A stretch of DNA of 64,000 nucleotides from Marispirochaeta sp. (GCA_963676835.2 CAXXFF010000003.1:192001-256000), one strand, 5' to 3'; counted from the first letter of the stretch, positions 47,995 through 58,611 are shown. Notes: generated from the sequence alone by a model not told the origin. A program made the numbers and translations.

Positions 47995-49245
47995 ATGAAA
48001 AGCCTTATACGGAAATCTGCATTTTTACTGTTCCTCCTGCTGTTTCTGAACACCCTCTATTGCGAAGTTAGAAAATTCCCTCTTGTAGAGGGAACAGAAC
48101 AGGACTATTCCATTTTTCTTGTTACCACCGGCCCCGGAGAAGAAGTATATCTCTGGTGGGGGCACACAGGAATAATTGTCAGAAACAATACGACAAGGCA
48201 GGATGCCTTTTACGATTTTGGCGTGTTCAGCTTTGAAACCGACCATTTTTTCCGCAACTTTCTTATGGGAAGGCTCTGGTACATGGGTTACCGCTCTTCG
48301 GTAAATGCAAATCTAAACCGTACCATAAGAGAAGACCGCCTGCTGCGTATCCAGGAACTGCGTTTTCCTCCGGGGAAAAAGTTTGAGCTTATAGAAAACC
48401 TTGAAACAAGGGTCAGCCCCGAAAACCGGAGCTATCTCTATGATTATTACTCAGATAACTGTGCAACAAGAATACGGGATGTTCTGGACACAGCCTACGA
48501 TGGAGCCCTGAAAGCAGTCTCTGAGAAAGAAAGGCGTCAAACCCTGCGTTACCAGACCCGGCGCTATTCCGGGCGAAACCACTTTATCGAATGGGGACTG
48601 ATGTTTCTCATGGGGCCCCGCATAGACCGGAATATAAGCGGATGGGATGCAATGTTTCTGCCCGATGAGATTCCTTTATACCTGGAAGCTCTTACCATCA
48701 GCAGCGGGCCGGATGCAGGAAAAAAGGTTATTATCAGTGATACAATTACCCACAGACCGGAGGCATATACGCCTCCACCGGCAAAGCCCGGAGCATCCTG
48801 GCCTTATGCAGCAGCTTTCGGTCTACTTCTTGGGGGAATATTAATCGCTGGAAGGTTTATTCCTTCACGATTGATCCCTGCTGCGTTTCTCTTTCAGATT
48901 ATATTCCGCACTGTTCTGCTTCTTGCTGCAGTGGCAGGTTCCATACTTTTTTTTATATCCCTCTTTACCGATCATTCGGTTGCACATAATAACTGGAACC
49001 TTTTACTCCTCAACCCGCTTCACTTGTTGAGCCTGGCAGCCCCCTATAAAAGATCCGCTCCCGGCACTGATGTTAAAAAGAGAAAAAGATCTCTCCTTTT
49101 ACTCCCCTGGCTTTTCACTGCCGGGGCGGCAGTTTTACTGGGAATCAGCGGTATCGTAAAACTTATAAGTCAGGATCTTATTCAGATTGCGGCTTTTCTG
49201 CTTCCTCTGTCGCTTGGGATCCTGTTTCCTTATCTTAAAAAATGA
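47995..49245 (+). CDS. DUF4105 / Lnb-like membrane protein
   Basis: TTGPGEEVYLWWGHTGI, YDFGVF, YLYDYYSDNCATR, MFLP, then C-terminal TM helices. Confidence 0.8.
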   Translation: MKSLIRKSAFLLFLLLFLNTLYCEVRKFPLVEGTEQDYSIFLVTTGPGEEVYLWWGHTGIIVRNNTTRQDAFYDFGVFSFETDHFFRNFLMGRLWYMGYRSSVNANLNRTIREDRLLRIQELRFPPGKKFELIENLETRVSPENRSYLYDYYSDNCATRIRDVLDTAYDGALKAVSEKERRQTLRYQTRRYSGRNHFIEWGLMFLMGPRIDRNISGWDAMFLPDEIPLYLEALTISSGPDAGKKVIISDTITHRPEAYTPPPAKPGASWPYAAAFGLLLGGILIAGRFIPSRLIPAAFLFQIIFRTVLLLAAVAGSILFFISLFTDHSVAHNNWNLLLLNPLHLLSLAAPYKRSAPGTDVKKRKRSLLLLPWLFTAGAAVLLGISGIVKLISQDLIQIAAFLLPLSLGILFPYLKK

Positions 49246-49296
49246 GCTTAAAAAAGTATTGATGCCCTGAAGCGGCGGCAGTATAGTGGAAGAACC

Positions 49297-49956
49297 ATGT
49301 ATACCGGACTTTTTTTCAGCTCATTCTTCGTTGCCTTTTCCGGCGCGGTAATGCCCGGGCCGCTTTTAACGGCTACCATCGGAACATCCGCCAGATGCGG
49401 CCCTTCTGCAGGGCCACTGTTTATTGCCGGACATGCAATTCTTGAGCTGGGACTGGTAGCAGCTTTGCTCATTGGCCTTGGTCCTTTTATCAACTCACAA
49501 CCTGTTTTTGTTGCCATTTCCATAATCGGATCTTTCATTATGCTCTATATGGCCATAGGTATGCTGCGAAGCCTCCCTCACCTCAGCCTGAGGGATAATG
49601 TAGAGAATAAAGATGAACAAAATAGTGAAATAAAAAAGGGCCCCTTAATAGGAGCAGGTGCTCTTCTATCTCTTTCCAACCCTTACTGGACTATATGGTG
49701 GGGAACAATAGGGCTTACATTTCTCATAAGAGCCCGTCAGGCCGGGGGCCCAGGGATCGCGAGCTTTTTCAGTGGTCATATTCTTGGCGATCTTGCCTGG
49801 TATTCATTTATTTCTTTCACCATCTGGAAAGGCAAGAGCCTTTTTACCGACCGCATCTACCGCATACTGATTGCAACCTGTGCATTGGCTCTCGGGATTT
49901 TTGGTCTCTTGTTCCTTACCGGCGGTATTCAAACTCTGCTGAAAAGACCTTTTTAA
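49297..49956 (+). CDS. LysE-family translocator
   Basis: SGAVMPGP, GHAILE, SLSNPYWTIWW. Confidence 0.9.
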   Translation: MYTGLFFSSFFVAFSGAVMPGPLLTATIGTSARCGPSAGPLFIAGHAILELGLVAALLIGLGPFINSQPVFVAISIIGSFIMLYMAIGMLRSLPHLSLRDNVENKDEQNSEIKKGPLIGAGALLSLSNPYWTIWWGTIGLTFLIRARQAGGPGIASFFSGHILGDLAWYSFISFTIWKGKSLFTDRIYRILIATCALALGIFGLLFLTGGIQTLLKRPF

Positions 49957-49957
49957 G

Positions 49958-51154
49958 ATGCGCAGTCAACTGTCCTTTCTGTTTTTATTATTCTTTGTTT
50001 GTCTGCTTTCTGCCGCCAATATAATGGCTGAAGAAAAACTCACTCCCGAGTACGTCGAAATATATGCCAACGCAGCCCCCGGCCGATACGGACAGACCGC
50101 TGACCGCAGGGAAATCATTAAAACGAACCTTTTCGACTTTCTTGGATCTGAGACCCTCCAAGTTGACGAAACTGCGGAAACAGCCCTTCTAATATCAAAA
50201 GAAACAGTAAAGCTTCTCGAAACCATTGCCGCCATGCCGTCGAAATCAAATGAAAATCTGTACAATGAAAACCATCTATATGTTGAAAAACTCGATACAG
50301 ATGTTTACAGAATCTCCTACGGGAAAATCGGTTTTTCTGGAACATTCCGTTTCCAGCGACCATTACCTGCTCTTATCAGCCAGATTAAAACATTTTACCG
50401 TAATACCTATTGGCAGGAAGAGGTGGAATCCGCATACAGGGAAAACTACGTGATTACCGTAATTGAGGCGGAAGATATCACCCGGCCCTATGGCAGGGTG
50501 GATTTTATAGACGCAATGATAACAGCGACCCTTATGGCAGCCAAGGATCAGCCCCTCTGGGGCATGCACAATGGAGCAGGCCTTCTGGATGGCCTCGGGT
50601 ATATGCTTGTAGAACAGACAAACCGCATGGATCAGGTTTCAAGCAGCTACCGGAACTACGATACCAACAACCGTTCCATGGAGGAGATGGTTCTGCGGCT
50701 GCGCCAAAACCGGAATAACCTGGCAGAAGACATCCACACATCTGTCAACAGTATAGTGCAGTATGAAGAGGATGAACGTTTTCTGCTGCCTGAAGAACTG
50801 CTCAGCATTGGAGAGGGCGATGAGATAGAATTCGCCCTTACCTACTATGACCTTGCAGTCCGGTCGGGCTGCGATGCTAAACTGCTGGCATTGAGCAATG
50901 ACACAGATCAGGCTGGCCTCGAAAACTGCAGCAACTGCTCTTTTATTACGGTCTTCCAGACAGAGAAATTCGGTCAGTGGGGTTATATCCGCCACCGTGA
51001 TTTCAGCCCCCCCTTTACAGATCACTGGGAAGATATTCCCGCCCTTATTTTACGGGATAACACCTTCTATTTTGAACTTGATCCTGCAGTAATCATGCAT
51101 AAACGCGCGATAAACCTGTCCATATTGCCTGCCTGGGCCATTTCAATCTATTGA
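49958..51154 (+). CDS. Secreted hypothetical protein, possible degenerate transglutaminase-like domain
   Basis: Signal peptide; PEELLSIGEGDEIEFAL motif. Confidence 0.7.
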   Translation: MRSQLSFLFLLFFVCLLSAANIMAEEKLTPEYVEIYANAAPGRYGQTADRREIIKTNLFDFLGSETLQVDETAETALLISKETVKLLETIAAMPSKSNENLYNENHLYVEKLDTDVYRISYGKIGFSGTFRFQRPLPALISQIKTFYRNTYWQEEVESAYRENYVITVIEAEDITRPYGRVDFIDAMITATLMAAKDQPLWGMHNGAGLLDGLGYMLVEQTNRMDQVSSSYRNYDTNNRSMEEMVLRLRQNRNNLAEDIHTSVNSIVQYEEDERFLLPEELLSIGEGDEIEFALTYYDLAVRSGCDAKLLALSNDTDQAGLENCSNCSFITVFQTEKFGQWGYIRHRDFSPPFTDHWEDIPALILRDNTFYFELDPAVIMHKRAINLSILPAWAISIY

Positions 51155-51170
51155 TCATCCTGGAGAATCC

Positions 51171-51668
51171 GTGAAAATCGTCCTTTTCGAACCGGAAATA
51201 CCACAGAATACCGGTAATATTTCAAGAACCTGTGCTGCCCTGGGAGCTGAACTACACCTGATAGAACCACTCGGATTTTCGCTTGAAGAGAAAATGGTCC
51301 GCCGGGCAGGTCTCGATTACTGGCACCTGGTTACAGTAGTAACCCACCCGGATATTGACTCCTTTTTTTTGAAGTATCCGGATATTCCCAAATTTTATGC
51401 CACTACTAAGGGTAAAAATATCTATACCGAGGTTAACTATCCTGAAGAATGTGCCATTATATTCGGAAAAGAGAGTAAAGGCCTTCCGGAACAGCTGCTT
51501 AAAGATAACCCTGATACCGCTGTAAGGATTCCGATTATCCGGGAAGCACGCTCCCTGAATCTGGCCAATACGGTGGCAATCATTGCATTTGAAGTCCTGA
51601 GACAAAACGGGTTTCCGGGGATGAAAACTAAAGGATCTCCCGTAAGCTTCGACTGGAATGAACTGTAG
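51171..51668 (+). CDS. trmL: tRNA (cytidine/uridine-34 2'-O)-methyltransferase
   Basis: EPEIPQNTGNI, RRAGLDYW, FGKESKGLP, RSLNLAN. Confidence 0.95.
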   Translation: MKIVLFEPEIPQNTGNISRTCAALGAELHLIEPLGFSLEEKMVRRAGLDYWHLVTVVTHPDIDSFFLKYPDIPKFYATTKGKNIYTEVNYPEECAIIFGKESKGLPEQLLKDNPDTAVRIPIIREARSLNLANTVAIIAFEVLRQNGFPGMKTKGSPVSFDWNEL

Positions 51669-51731
51669 AAAAGATCCCGCGAGTAGACTATTTTCAAGTC
51701 ATCATGGTAGGTTATCATCCGGAGGAAAGGC

Positions 51732-52523
51732 GTGATTAGTTCAGTTGGTTTTATTGGATACGGAAATATGGGCTCGGCATTGTGCAGCGGTATTTTGAGC
51801 AGCAACCCCGATGCAGCAATATTCATTCAGGAGCCGGATGAGTCAAAGGCTGCAGCCGCAGCTTCAGCTACAGGCGGGACCGTGAACCTGAGTCCTGAAG
51901 AGTTCTGTAATAAAAGTGATATTATCGTCATCGCGGTAAAACCACAGTTGCTGGATAAAGTGCTGGACAGCTACGCACCTTTCTGCAAAGACAAGAAAAT
52001 TATTTCCATCGCGGCAGGAACTACAATCAGCTTCTTCACCAAAAAGCTTGGAACATCTGAGGTCGTACGCTTTATGCCGAATATAGCAGCACGAGTCGGC
52101 AAAGCTCTGACCGGAGTAAGTGCAGCAGAGGGTGCCGGAGATGAGTTTAAACAGCAGGCTATGGCCATTGCCAAATCCGCAGGAAATGCTGTTGAACTGC
52201 CGGAGTCATCCATGGCTGCCTTTACCGGCCTTTCCGGGTCCGGTATAGCCTATGTTTTTTCTTTTATTCACGCCCTTGCGCTGGGTGGAACAAAGGAAGG
52301 CATCCCCTACGAGACTTCACTCAATATTGCCCTTGGTACCATTGAAGGCGCAGTGGGACTCAGCAGGGAAAATGGGGAAAATCCCATCAGCCTGATGAGT
52401 AAAGTAATAAGCCCCGGCGGAACAACAATTCAGGGAATTGATGCCCTTGAAGAGGGAAGATTTACCGCTTCTGTAATTGATGCGGTTGAACGGGCAAGTA
52501 AACGGGCCCGGGAACTGGAATAA
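51732..52523 (+). CDS. proC: Pyrroline-5-carboxylate reductase
   Basis: GFIGYGNMG, AVKPQ, RFMPN, SGSG, SPGGTT. Confidence 0.95.
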   Translation: MISSVGFIGYGNMGSALCSGILSSNPDAAIFIQEPDESKAAAAASATGGTVNLSPEEFCNKSDIIVIAVKPQLLDKVLDSYAPFCKDKKIISIAAGTTISFFTKKLGTSEVVRFMPNIAARVGKALTGVSAAEGAGDEFKQQAMAIAKSAGNAVELPESSMAAFTGLSGSGIAYVFSFIHALALGGTKEGIPYETSLNIALGTIEGAVGLSRENGENPISLMSKVISPGGTTIQGIDALEEGRFTASVIDAVERASKRARELE

Positions 52524-52548
52524 GTAACTTTATTGTAAGGTAGAATAT

Positions 52549-53823
52549 ATGCTTGATCTGAAATTTATACGCGACAACGCAGACGCTGTTAGAAAAAATA
52601 TCGCTGACCGGTTTATGGAAGCTGATGTAGATGCGGTTATTAGGCTTTTTGAAGAAAGAAACTCCCTTATCCTTAAAACAGATGAACTGCGGCGACAACG
52701 AAATGAAAATGCCGGGAAAATGAAAGGCAAGATGCCGCCGGAAGAACGGGAGCCTCTGGTAGCCGAAGGAAAAAAGCTCAAGGAAGAGATCGCTGAGGTT
52801 GAATCCCGCCTTAATCAGGTGACCGAAGAACTCAACAGTGAAGCTTCCCGTATCCCCAACATGGCTCACCCCGATGCTCCGGTGGGAAAAGAAGATAAGG
52901 ATAACCTCGAGATCAGCCGCTTCGGGGGTCCGACAAGCTTTTCCTTTACCCCGAAAGACCATGTACAGATTGCAGCAGACCTCGATCTGGTCGATTTTGA
53001 TACTGCAGCCAGAGTCTCGGGACCAAAATTCTACTATCTGAAAAATGAAGCGGTTTATCTCGAACTTGCCCTTACCCGCTATGCCCTGGATATTCTGCGC
53101 TCAAAAGGGTTTATCCCGACAATAACCCCGGACATTGCAAAAGAAGAGGTTCTTGAAGGAATTGGCTTTAACCCCCGTGGCGATGAAAGCAATATCTACG
53201 CCCTTGAAAATACCGGGACCTGCCTTGTTGGTACTGCAGAAATAACCCTTGGTGGATACTACAGCGGCAACATTCTTGATTCCGCCGAACTTCCCATTAA
53301 AATGGCAGGCTTAAGTCACTGTTTCCGCCGTGAAGCAGGAGCGGCCGGCCAATATTCAAAAGGCCTTTACCGGGTACACCAGTTTTCCAAGGTTGAAATG
53401 TTTGTCTACTGTCGGCCTGAAGATTCGGACTCCATTCATCAGGAACTCCTCACGGTGGAAGAGGAAATCTTTTCCGGCCTTGATATTCCTTATCGTGTAG
53501 TCGACACCTGTACAGGCGATCTCGGCGGTCCTGCATACAGAAAATATGACCTGGAAGCCTGGATGCCGGGCAGAGGGGAAAATGGCGACTGGGGTGAAGT
53601 AACCAGTACATCTAACTGTACCGATTATCAGGCAAGACGCCTTGGGGTACGTTTTAAGGAAGACGGCAAAAACCAGTATGTTCATATGCTCAATGGAACT
53701 GCGGTTGCGGTCTCCCGGGCCATTATTGCCATTCTGGAAAACTTCCAGCAGGAGGATGGTTCAATTAAAATACCTGCAGCCCTGGTTCCTTACACGGGAT
53801 TTGACACAATAGGACCTAAATAA
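52549..53823 (+). CDS. serS: Serine--tRNA ligase
   Basis: [40 protein letters not shown]. Confidence 0.97.
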   Translation: MLDLKFIRDNADAVRKNIADRFMEADVDAVIRLFEERNSLILKTDELRRQRNENAGKMKGKMPPEEREPLVAEGKKLKEEIAEVESRLNQVTEELNSEASRIPNMAHPDAPVGKEDKDNLEISRFGGPTSFSFTPKDHVQIAADLDLVDFDTAARVSGPKFYYLKNEAVYLELALTRYALDILRSKGFIPTITPDIAKEEVLEGIGFNPRGDESNIYALENTGTCLVGTAEITLGGYYSGNILDSAELPIKMAGLSHCFRREAGAAGQYSKGLYRVHQFSKVEMFVYCRPEDSDSIHQELLTVEEEIFSGLDIPYRVVDTCTGDLGGPAYRKYDLEAWMPGRGENGDWGEVTSTSNCTDYQARRLGVRFKEDGKNQYVHMLNGTAVAVSRAIIAILENFQQEDGSIKIPAALVPYTGFDTIGPK

Positions 53824-53833
53824 CAGGAAACAT

Positions 53834-53867
53834 AAAAACGGCCGCACTGATTGCGGCCGTTTTTTTT
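53834..53867. terminator. Bidirectional intrinsic terminator after serS
   Basis: AAAAACGGCCGCA / TGCGGCCGTTTTT stem. Confidence 0.88.
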
Positions 53868-53868
53868 A

Positions 53869-54081
53869 TTATTTGCACATCTGCTGCAGAGTATCCCGCA
53901 GGATCTGCTGGTGATCGTTAAAAGAGTACGATTTTGCTTTTGCCATCTTCTCCCTTACCCTCTTCTCTAACTCTTCTGCCGCCGGCATAGATAGAGTTTT
54001 ATCAAGAATTGTCAAATAATTGATGTCCCTCTGTGCGTTTGGAATAGCCTTTTTGGTAAAATCACATACGATGGTAGTCAT
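53869..54081 (-). CDS. Small hypothetical protein
   Basis: 70 aa, GGAGG RBS, ends at the terminator. Confidence 0.7.
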   Translation of the reverse strand: MTTIVCDFTKKAIPNAQRDINYLTILDKTLSMPAAEELEKRVREKMAKAKSYSFNDHQQILRDTLQQMCK

Positions 54082-54244
54082 TTTTTATCCTCCACTGTTA
54101 ACAGTAATTTTTAATACTCGAATCATATACTAACGTAAAGTCTATCTCAAAGTCGAGAACTTTCCAGCCCGCGCAAAAACAATCATGTTGCTTCATAGTT
54201 CCATCACGGGTAAGCTGTAGGAAGACAAATTACAGGAGGCCGCC

Positions 54245-54862
54245 ATGCACAAAGCACTGCTCATTATAGATGTTCAGCAGGATTTCTGCCCCGGAGGCTC
54301 ATTGGCAGTAAACGAAGGCGATAAGGTAATCAGCGGTTTGAATCGGATAATGACCGCTTTCCCTGTCAGGGTAGCAACCAGAGACTGGCATCCCGCAAAC
54401 CATGTATCCTTCGCAGAGAATCATTCCGGCAAAGCAGTTTATGATATGGTGGAAATAGATACCATACAACAGGTTCTCTGGCCCGTTCACTGTGCGGCAG
54501 GAACCACGGGGGCGGACTTTCACCCTGATCTTGATAACACCAGGTTGAATCTTGTGCTTAATAAAGGAACGTCTCCCCGGCTCGATTCATATTCGGCCTT
54601 TTTTGAAAATGATCACAAAACCTCAACCGGCCTGGATGGTTATTTTAAAGGGTTGGGAATTAATACCCTGGTTATCGGCGGACTTGCAACGGATTACTGC
54701 GTATTTTACACCGTCATGGATGCCCTGAAACTAAGATATCAAGTATATCTCCTGGAAGACTGTATCCGCGGAGTGGATGTACCGAAAAATAATGTACAAA
54801 CCCGGATGGAGGAAATGAAACGTGCCGGGGCAATTATTACAACATCCCGGGACTTTACATGA
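54245..54862 (+). CDS. pncA: Nicotinamidase/pyrazinamidase
   Basis: IDVQQDFCPGGSL, DWHPANH, WPVHC, SYSAF, GLATDYCV. Confidence 0.95.
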   Translation: MHKALLIIDVQQDFCPGGSLAVNEGDKVISGLNRIMTAFPVRVATRDWHPANHVSFAENHSGKAVYDMVEIDTIQQVLWPVHCAAGTTGADFHPDLDNTRLNLVLNKGTSPRLDSYSAFFENDHKTSTGLDGYFKGLGINTLVIGGLATDYCVFYTVMDALKLRYQVYLLEDCIRGVDVPKNNVQTRMEEMKRAGAIITTSRDFT

Positions 54863-56283
54863 GAATCTCTCCCCTTTTTACCGATTTTTATGAACTCACC
54901 ATGGCCCAGGGATATTTTCTCAACCAGCATAACCCGGACGTTGTTTTCGATATGTTTTACCGTCGTCATCCATTTAACGGCGGTTTTGAAATTTTCTGCG
55001 GCCTTGAAAATCTTCTTACCGCCCTTTCCGAACTGCAATTTTCCACTGACGACATAGAGTATCTTGAAAATCTCCAGGTATTCGAAAAAAGTTTTCTCAA
55101 TTATCTGAAGGATTTCCGTTTCAGCGGTACGGTATATGCATTTGATGAAGCCAGTGTAATTTTTCCCGGCGAGCCGTTAATCAGAGTTCATGCCCCTCTG
55201 ATTGAAGCTCAACTGATAGAATCCCTGGTGCTTAACATAATCAATTTTCAAACCCTTATTGCCACAAAATCCGCCAGACTTTTACATGCTACCCGTTATG
55301 GTCGTATACTTGAGTTCGGCATGCGCCGTGCTCAGGGATATGATGGTGCCCTGCATGCATCTAGGGCTGCTTTTATCGGAGGGGCGGCGGGAACATCCAA
55401 CACTCTGGCAGGGAAAGAGTTCGGAATTCCTGTTATGGGGACCATGGCGCACTCATGGGTAATGTCCCATGACACGGAACTTGAAGCCTTTAAAAAATAT
55501 GCCGAATTATATCCCGAAGCCTCAATTCTCCTTATAGATACCTACAATACCCTGGACCAGGGAATCCATAATGCGGTAAAAGCAGGACTGGAACTTAAGT
55601 CAGTTGGCAGGAAAATCGGGGTTAGGCTGGATTCCGGCGACCTTTCTTACTTGAGCAAACAGGTCCGCCGGATACTTGACGAGGCAGGTCTTGAGGATGC
55701 AGGCATAGCAGTGTCTGGAGATCTTAATGAGGAAATAGCCGCCCAGCTTATAGCCGAAGGAGCACCCATAGACACCTGGGGAGTGGGAACCCAGCTTGCA
55801 ACCGGATCACCGGATGCAGCCCTGACTGGAGTATACAAGCTGGCAGCTTTGAAAACCACTGACGGACTCAAACCTGCGATGAAGGTTTCCAATAATCCCG
55901 ACAAAATGACCAATCCCGGCATTAAACAGGTATATAGATTCTACGACAGCAGAGGAACTGCCTTACAGGATCTGATATGCTTTGACGGGGAACCACAGCC
56001 GTCAGGTGAAGATATCACTGTGTTTCATCCTACAATGCAGTATAAGCATACCCGGCTTACCAGATATGCTTCAGCGATCCCTCAACTTAAAATTGTCATG
56101 CAGAATGGAAATCCGGTGCAGGCTTTTCCATCAATCAATGAACTTCAGGAAAAGGTTATATTCCAACTAAAAAGCATGGATGAATCGTATCTGCGGCTTA
56201 TAAACCCGCATGAATATAAAATATCAATTTCAGAATCTCTTAAAGATCTCAAATTCCGGATGATAGATGAGTACAGCAGCTGA
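54859..56283 (+). CDS. pncB: Nicotinate phosphoribosyltransferase
   Basis: TDFYELTM, EFGMRRAQ, GTMAHSW, LIDTY, VRLDSGDL, GVYKL. Confidence 0.95.
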   Translation: MRISPLFTDFYELTMAQGYFLNQHNPDVVFDMFYRRHPFNGGFEIFCGLENLLTALSELQFSTDDIEYLENLQVFEKSFLNYLKDFRFSGTVYAFDEASVIFPGEPLIRVHAPLIEAQLIESLVLNIINFQTLIATKSARLLHATRYGRILEFGMRRAQGYDGALHASRAAFIGGAAGTSNTLAGKEFGIPVMGTMAHSWVMSHDTELEAFKKYAELYPEASILLIDTYNTLDQGIHNAVKAGLELKSVGRKIGVRLDSGDLSYLSKQVRRILDEAGLEDAGIAVSGDLNEEIAAQLIAEGAPIDTWGVGTQLATGSPDAALTGVYKLAALKTTDGLKPAMKVSNNPDKMTNPGIKQVYRFYDSRGTALQDLICFDGEPQPSGEDITVFHPTMQYKHTRLTRYASAIPQLKIVMQNGNPVQAFPSINELQEKVIFQLKSMDESYLRLINPHEYKISISESLKDLKFRMIDEYSS

Positions 56284-57352
56284 GAACAGTATTCCGGCCA
56301 TAATTGCCGAGATCGGGACCTCCCACGGGGGAGATATCAACAGGGCAATAGAAATGATCCATGCTGCTTCAGAATCCGGAGCCGACTGGATTAAGTTTCA
56401 GCATGTATATGCAGATGAGATAATCCATCCTGCAACAGGAATGGTAGAGCTCCCGGGCGGCCCCACCGCCCTGTATGATGTTTTCAAAAGCCTTGAGGTA
56501 GACATCAATTTTCTTCACCGACTTAAAGAGGAGACAGAAAAAACCGGAGCGCGTTTTCTCTGCAGTCCTTTCGGAGAGCAGAGTCTCGCTGATATCCGGA
56601 CACTGAACCCGGCAGCCCTTAAAATAGCCTCTCCGGAGCTGAATCATTTTCCTCTGTTGGAAAAGGTTAATAAAACAGCTTTGCCGGTGTTCCTGTCTAC
56701 CGGTGTGAGTAAAATGGAAGACATTATTGAGGCAGTTTTATACCTTAACAACGTAGATATTACACTTCTGCACTGTATAACCAGTTATCCTGCCCCTGAA
56801 GAGGAGTATAATCTGTCTGTTATTCAAACTCTCCGGAAACACTTTAATGTACCTGTGGGAGTGTCTGATCACAGCAGGGATCCCCTGCTTGTACCGCTGG
56901 TCTCTCTACTGTACGGTTCAAGCTGTCATGAAAAGCATCTTACCTTATCACGGAGTGACGGCGGACTGGACGACCCGGTGGCTCTTATTCCTGAAGAGTT
57001 CAGACACATGACAAGAGCTATACAGGATTTTTCAAAACTGAAGAAAGAAGAACAATATACAGCACTTTGCAGCCTTTTCGGCAGAAAACGAGTCGATGCT
57101 GCAACAGGGTCTGGAATAAAAAAACTTGCACCTTCGGAAAAGGAAAACTACGGAAAAACCAACAGATCAATCCACAGCCTGAGAGATATCAAAAAAGGGG
57201 AAACGATTAATGCAGATAACTGCGCAGTTTTACGTACAGAAAAAGTGTTATCCCCGGGAATGAGTCCCCGGTACTGGCAGGAAATAGTCGGACGGCCTGC
57301 GGCACGGGATATCGTATCCGGCCAGGGGATAACCTGGCAGGATATTGAGTAA
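56267..57352 (+). CDS. NeuB/PseI/SpsE-family nonulosonic acid synthase with SAF domain
   Basis: IIAEIG, IKFQ, KIASPE, LSTG, LLHCITSYPAP, GVSDHS, EKHLT. Confidence 0.88.
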   Translation: MSTAAENSIPAIIAEIGTSHGGDINRAIEMIHAASESGADWIKFQHVYADEIIHPATGMVELPGGPTALYDVFKSLEVDINFLHRLKEETEKTGARFLCSPFGEQSLADIRTLNPAALKIASPELNHFPLLEKVNKTALPVFLSTGVSKMEDIIEAVLYLNNVDITLLHCITSYPAPEEEYNLSVIQTLRKHFNVPVGVSDHSRDPLLVPLVSLLYGSSCHEKHLTLSRSDGGLDDPVALIPEEFRHMTRAIQDFSKLKKEEQYTALCSLFGRKRVDAATGSGIKKLAPSEKENYGKTNRSIHSLRDIKKGETINADNCAVLRTEKVLSPGMSPRYWQEIVGRPAARDIVSGQGITWQDIE

Positions 57353-57377
57353 CACAAGGAGACCTCTAAAAACAAAT

Positions 57378-57776
57378 CTATTCTTCAATAAGTCCAAGAT
57401 CTTTCATTTCGTTTATAAGCCGGACTCTTGATACCGGTTTTGTAACATAGCCCTCGCATTGTGACCTGAATGCAGACATTATGTTGGTCGTATCACTTAA
57501 TGCAGTGGTCATAATAATCTTTACGCCGTCACTCCCGGTAAGACCCTTTTCACCTTCAAGTTCCCTGATTTTTTTCAGCACCATCTGGCCGTCCATTTTA
57601 GGCAGCATTATATCGAGACAAATAAGATCAAAGGGTGCATCTGAACTCAATGCCTCGCTGAAAGCTTCAACCGCCTCTACACCGTCAACAACAACCTCGC
57701 ATGCGCCATATGGGCTGAGGAACTTCTGCATTAACTTACGTGACGCAAAATCATCCTCAACAATCAAAATCTTCAT
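57378..57776 (-). CDS. Single-domain CheY-like response regulator
   Basis: LIVEDD, LDIMLPKMDG, MTTA, KP. Confidence 0.9.
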   Translation of the reverse strand: MKILIVEDDFASRKLMQKFLSPYGACEVVVDGVEAVEAFSEALSSDAPFDLICLDIMLPKMDGQMVLKKIRELEGEKGLTGSDGVKIIMTTALSDTTNIMSAFRSQCEGYVTKPVSRVRLINEMKDLGLIEE

Positions 57777-58228
57777 CAGTTGCTCCTCTGAGTTTCAAGT
57801 CTAACAGCAATTGAAAACAATGCACCCTCAGCATCATACGAAAGGATTGAATAATTTTTCAAGTCCGGCATTTCCGAGTCATCAAACATCACCTGGGGAA
57901 AGCTGAGACTATAATTAGTGTTTTCACCGTAATAAAAGCTTAAGAATGTTCCGCCCAGAACATTTAACAACTCCAGTAGACAATCATCAATTTTTCCCGG
58001 CGGCAAAGAATCCCAGGAATCACCATGTATGTTTTCTACCACCTGCTGTTTACAGTCTGTTGTCATCAGGAGGAATATGGTACCCCTTTCAGGTTTTGTT
58101 ATTTCGAGAATCATAATCTGATGGTGCTCTACAAGCTCAGTACCGGTGGGAAGAGCATCTATAAAGGCCATTTCTCCGAATGTTTGCAGTACTGCTTCAT
58201 TCATACTGTTCTGAAGTTTCTCATTCAT
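57776..58228 (-). CDS. cheX: CheX-like protein
   Basis: DCLLELLNVLGG (ExxN) motif, LSFP; lies in the che operon. Confidence 0.7.
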   Translation of the reverse strand: MNEKLQNSMNEAVLQTFGEMAFIDALPTGTELVEHHQIMILEITKPERGTIFLLMTTDCKQQVVENIHGDSWDSLPPGKIDDCLLELLNVLGGTFLSFYYGENTNYSLSFPQVMFDDSEMPDLKNYSILSYDAEGALFSIAVRLETQRSN

Positions 58229-58230
58229 TC

Positions 58231-58599
58231 CTAATCCTCCATAAACGACAGAATTTTTGCCGGCGAAATGGGCTTTTTAATAATTGCCCTGACTGAATAC
58301 TGACTCAACTCATCTTCCAGGGCATCATTACCCACACTGGAAATAATAACCACCGGAATCTTTTTCAGCTCATCCTGGAGACGTATTTTTTTTACCAGGG
58401 TAGTGCCGTCCATTTTAGGCATCTTTATGTCACTTACTATAAGGTCAAATTTCTGCTCTTTAAGAATTGATATGGCGGCAAGCCCGTCTTCAGCTTCGGT
58501 ATAGTTGAGATCTCCGTAGCCGGCAATCTGAAAGCATCTCATTATTATCATTCGTGAAGTAGCAGAATCATCAACAATCAGGATATTATTATAAGCCAT
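58231..58599 (-). CDS. cheY: CheY-like response regulator
   Basis: IVDDS, SDIKMPKMDG, KKP. Confidence 0.88.
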   Translation of the reverse strand: MAYNNILIVDDSATSRMIIMRCFQIAGYGDLNYTEAEDGLAAISILKEQKFDLIVSDIKMPKMDGTTLVKKIRLQDELKKIPVVIISSVGNDALEDELSQYSVRAIIKKPISPAKILSFMED

Positions 58600-58611
58600 C
58601 TTAAAAACTCC

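Noticed and set aside
53834..53867. AAAACGGC...GCCGTTTT hairpin shared with 29565 and 31299 as a MITE or REP family
   Set aside because: Only the outer stem is similar; ordinary terminators plus the local duplication explain it
54082..54244. NAD-related riboswitch or NrtR box upstream of pncA
   Set aside because: No recognisable motif or clear palindrome
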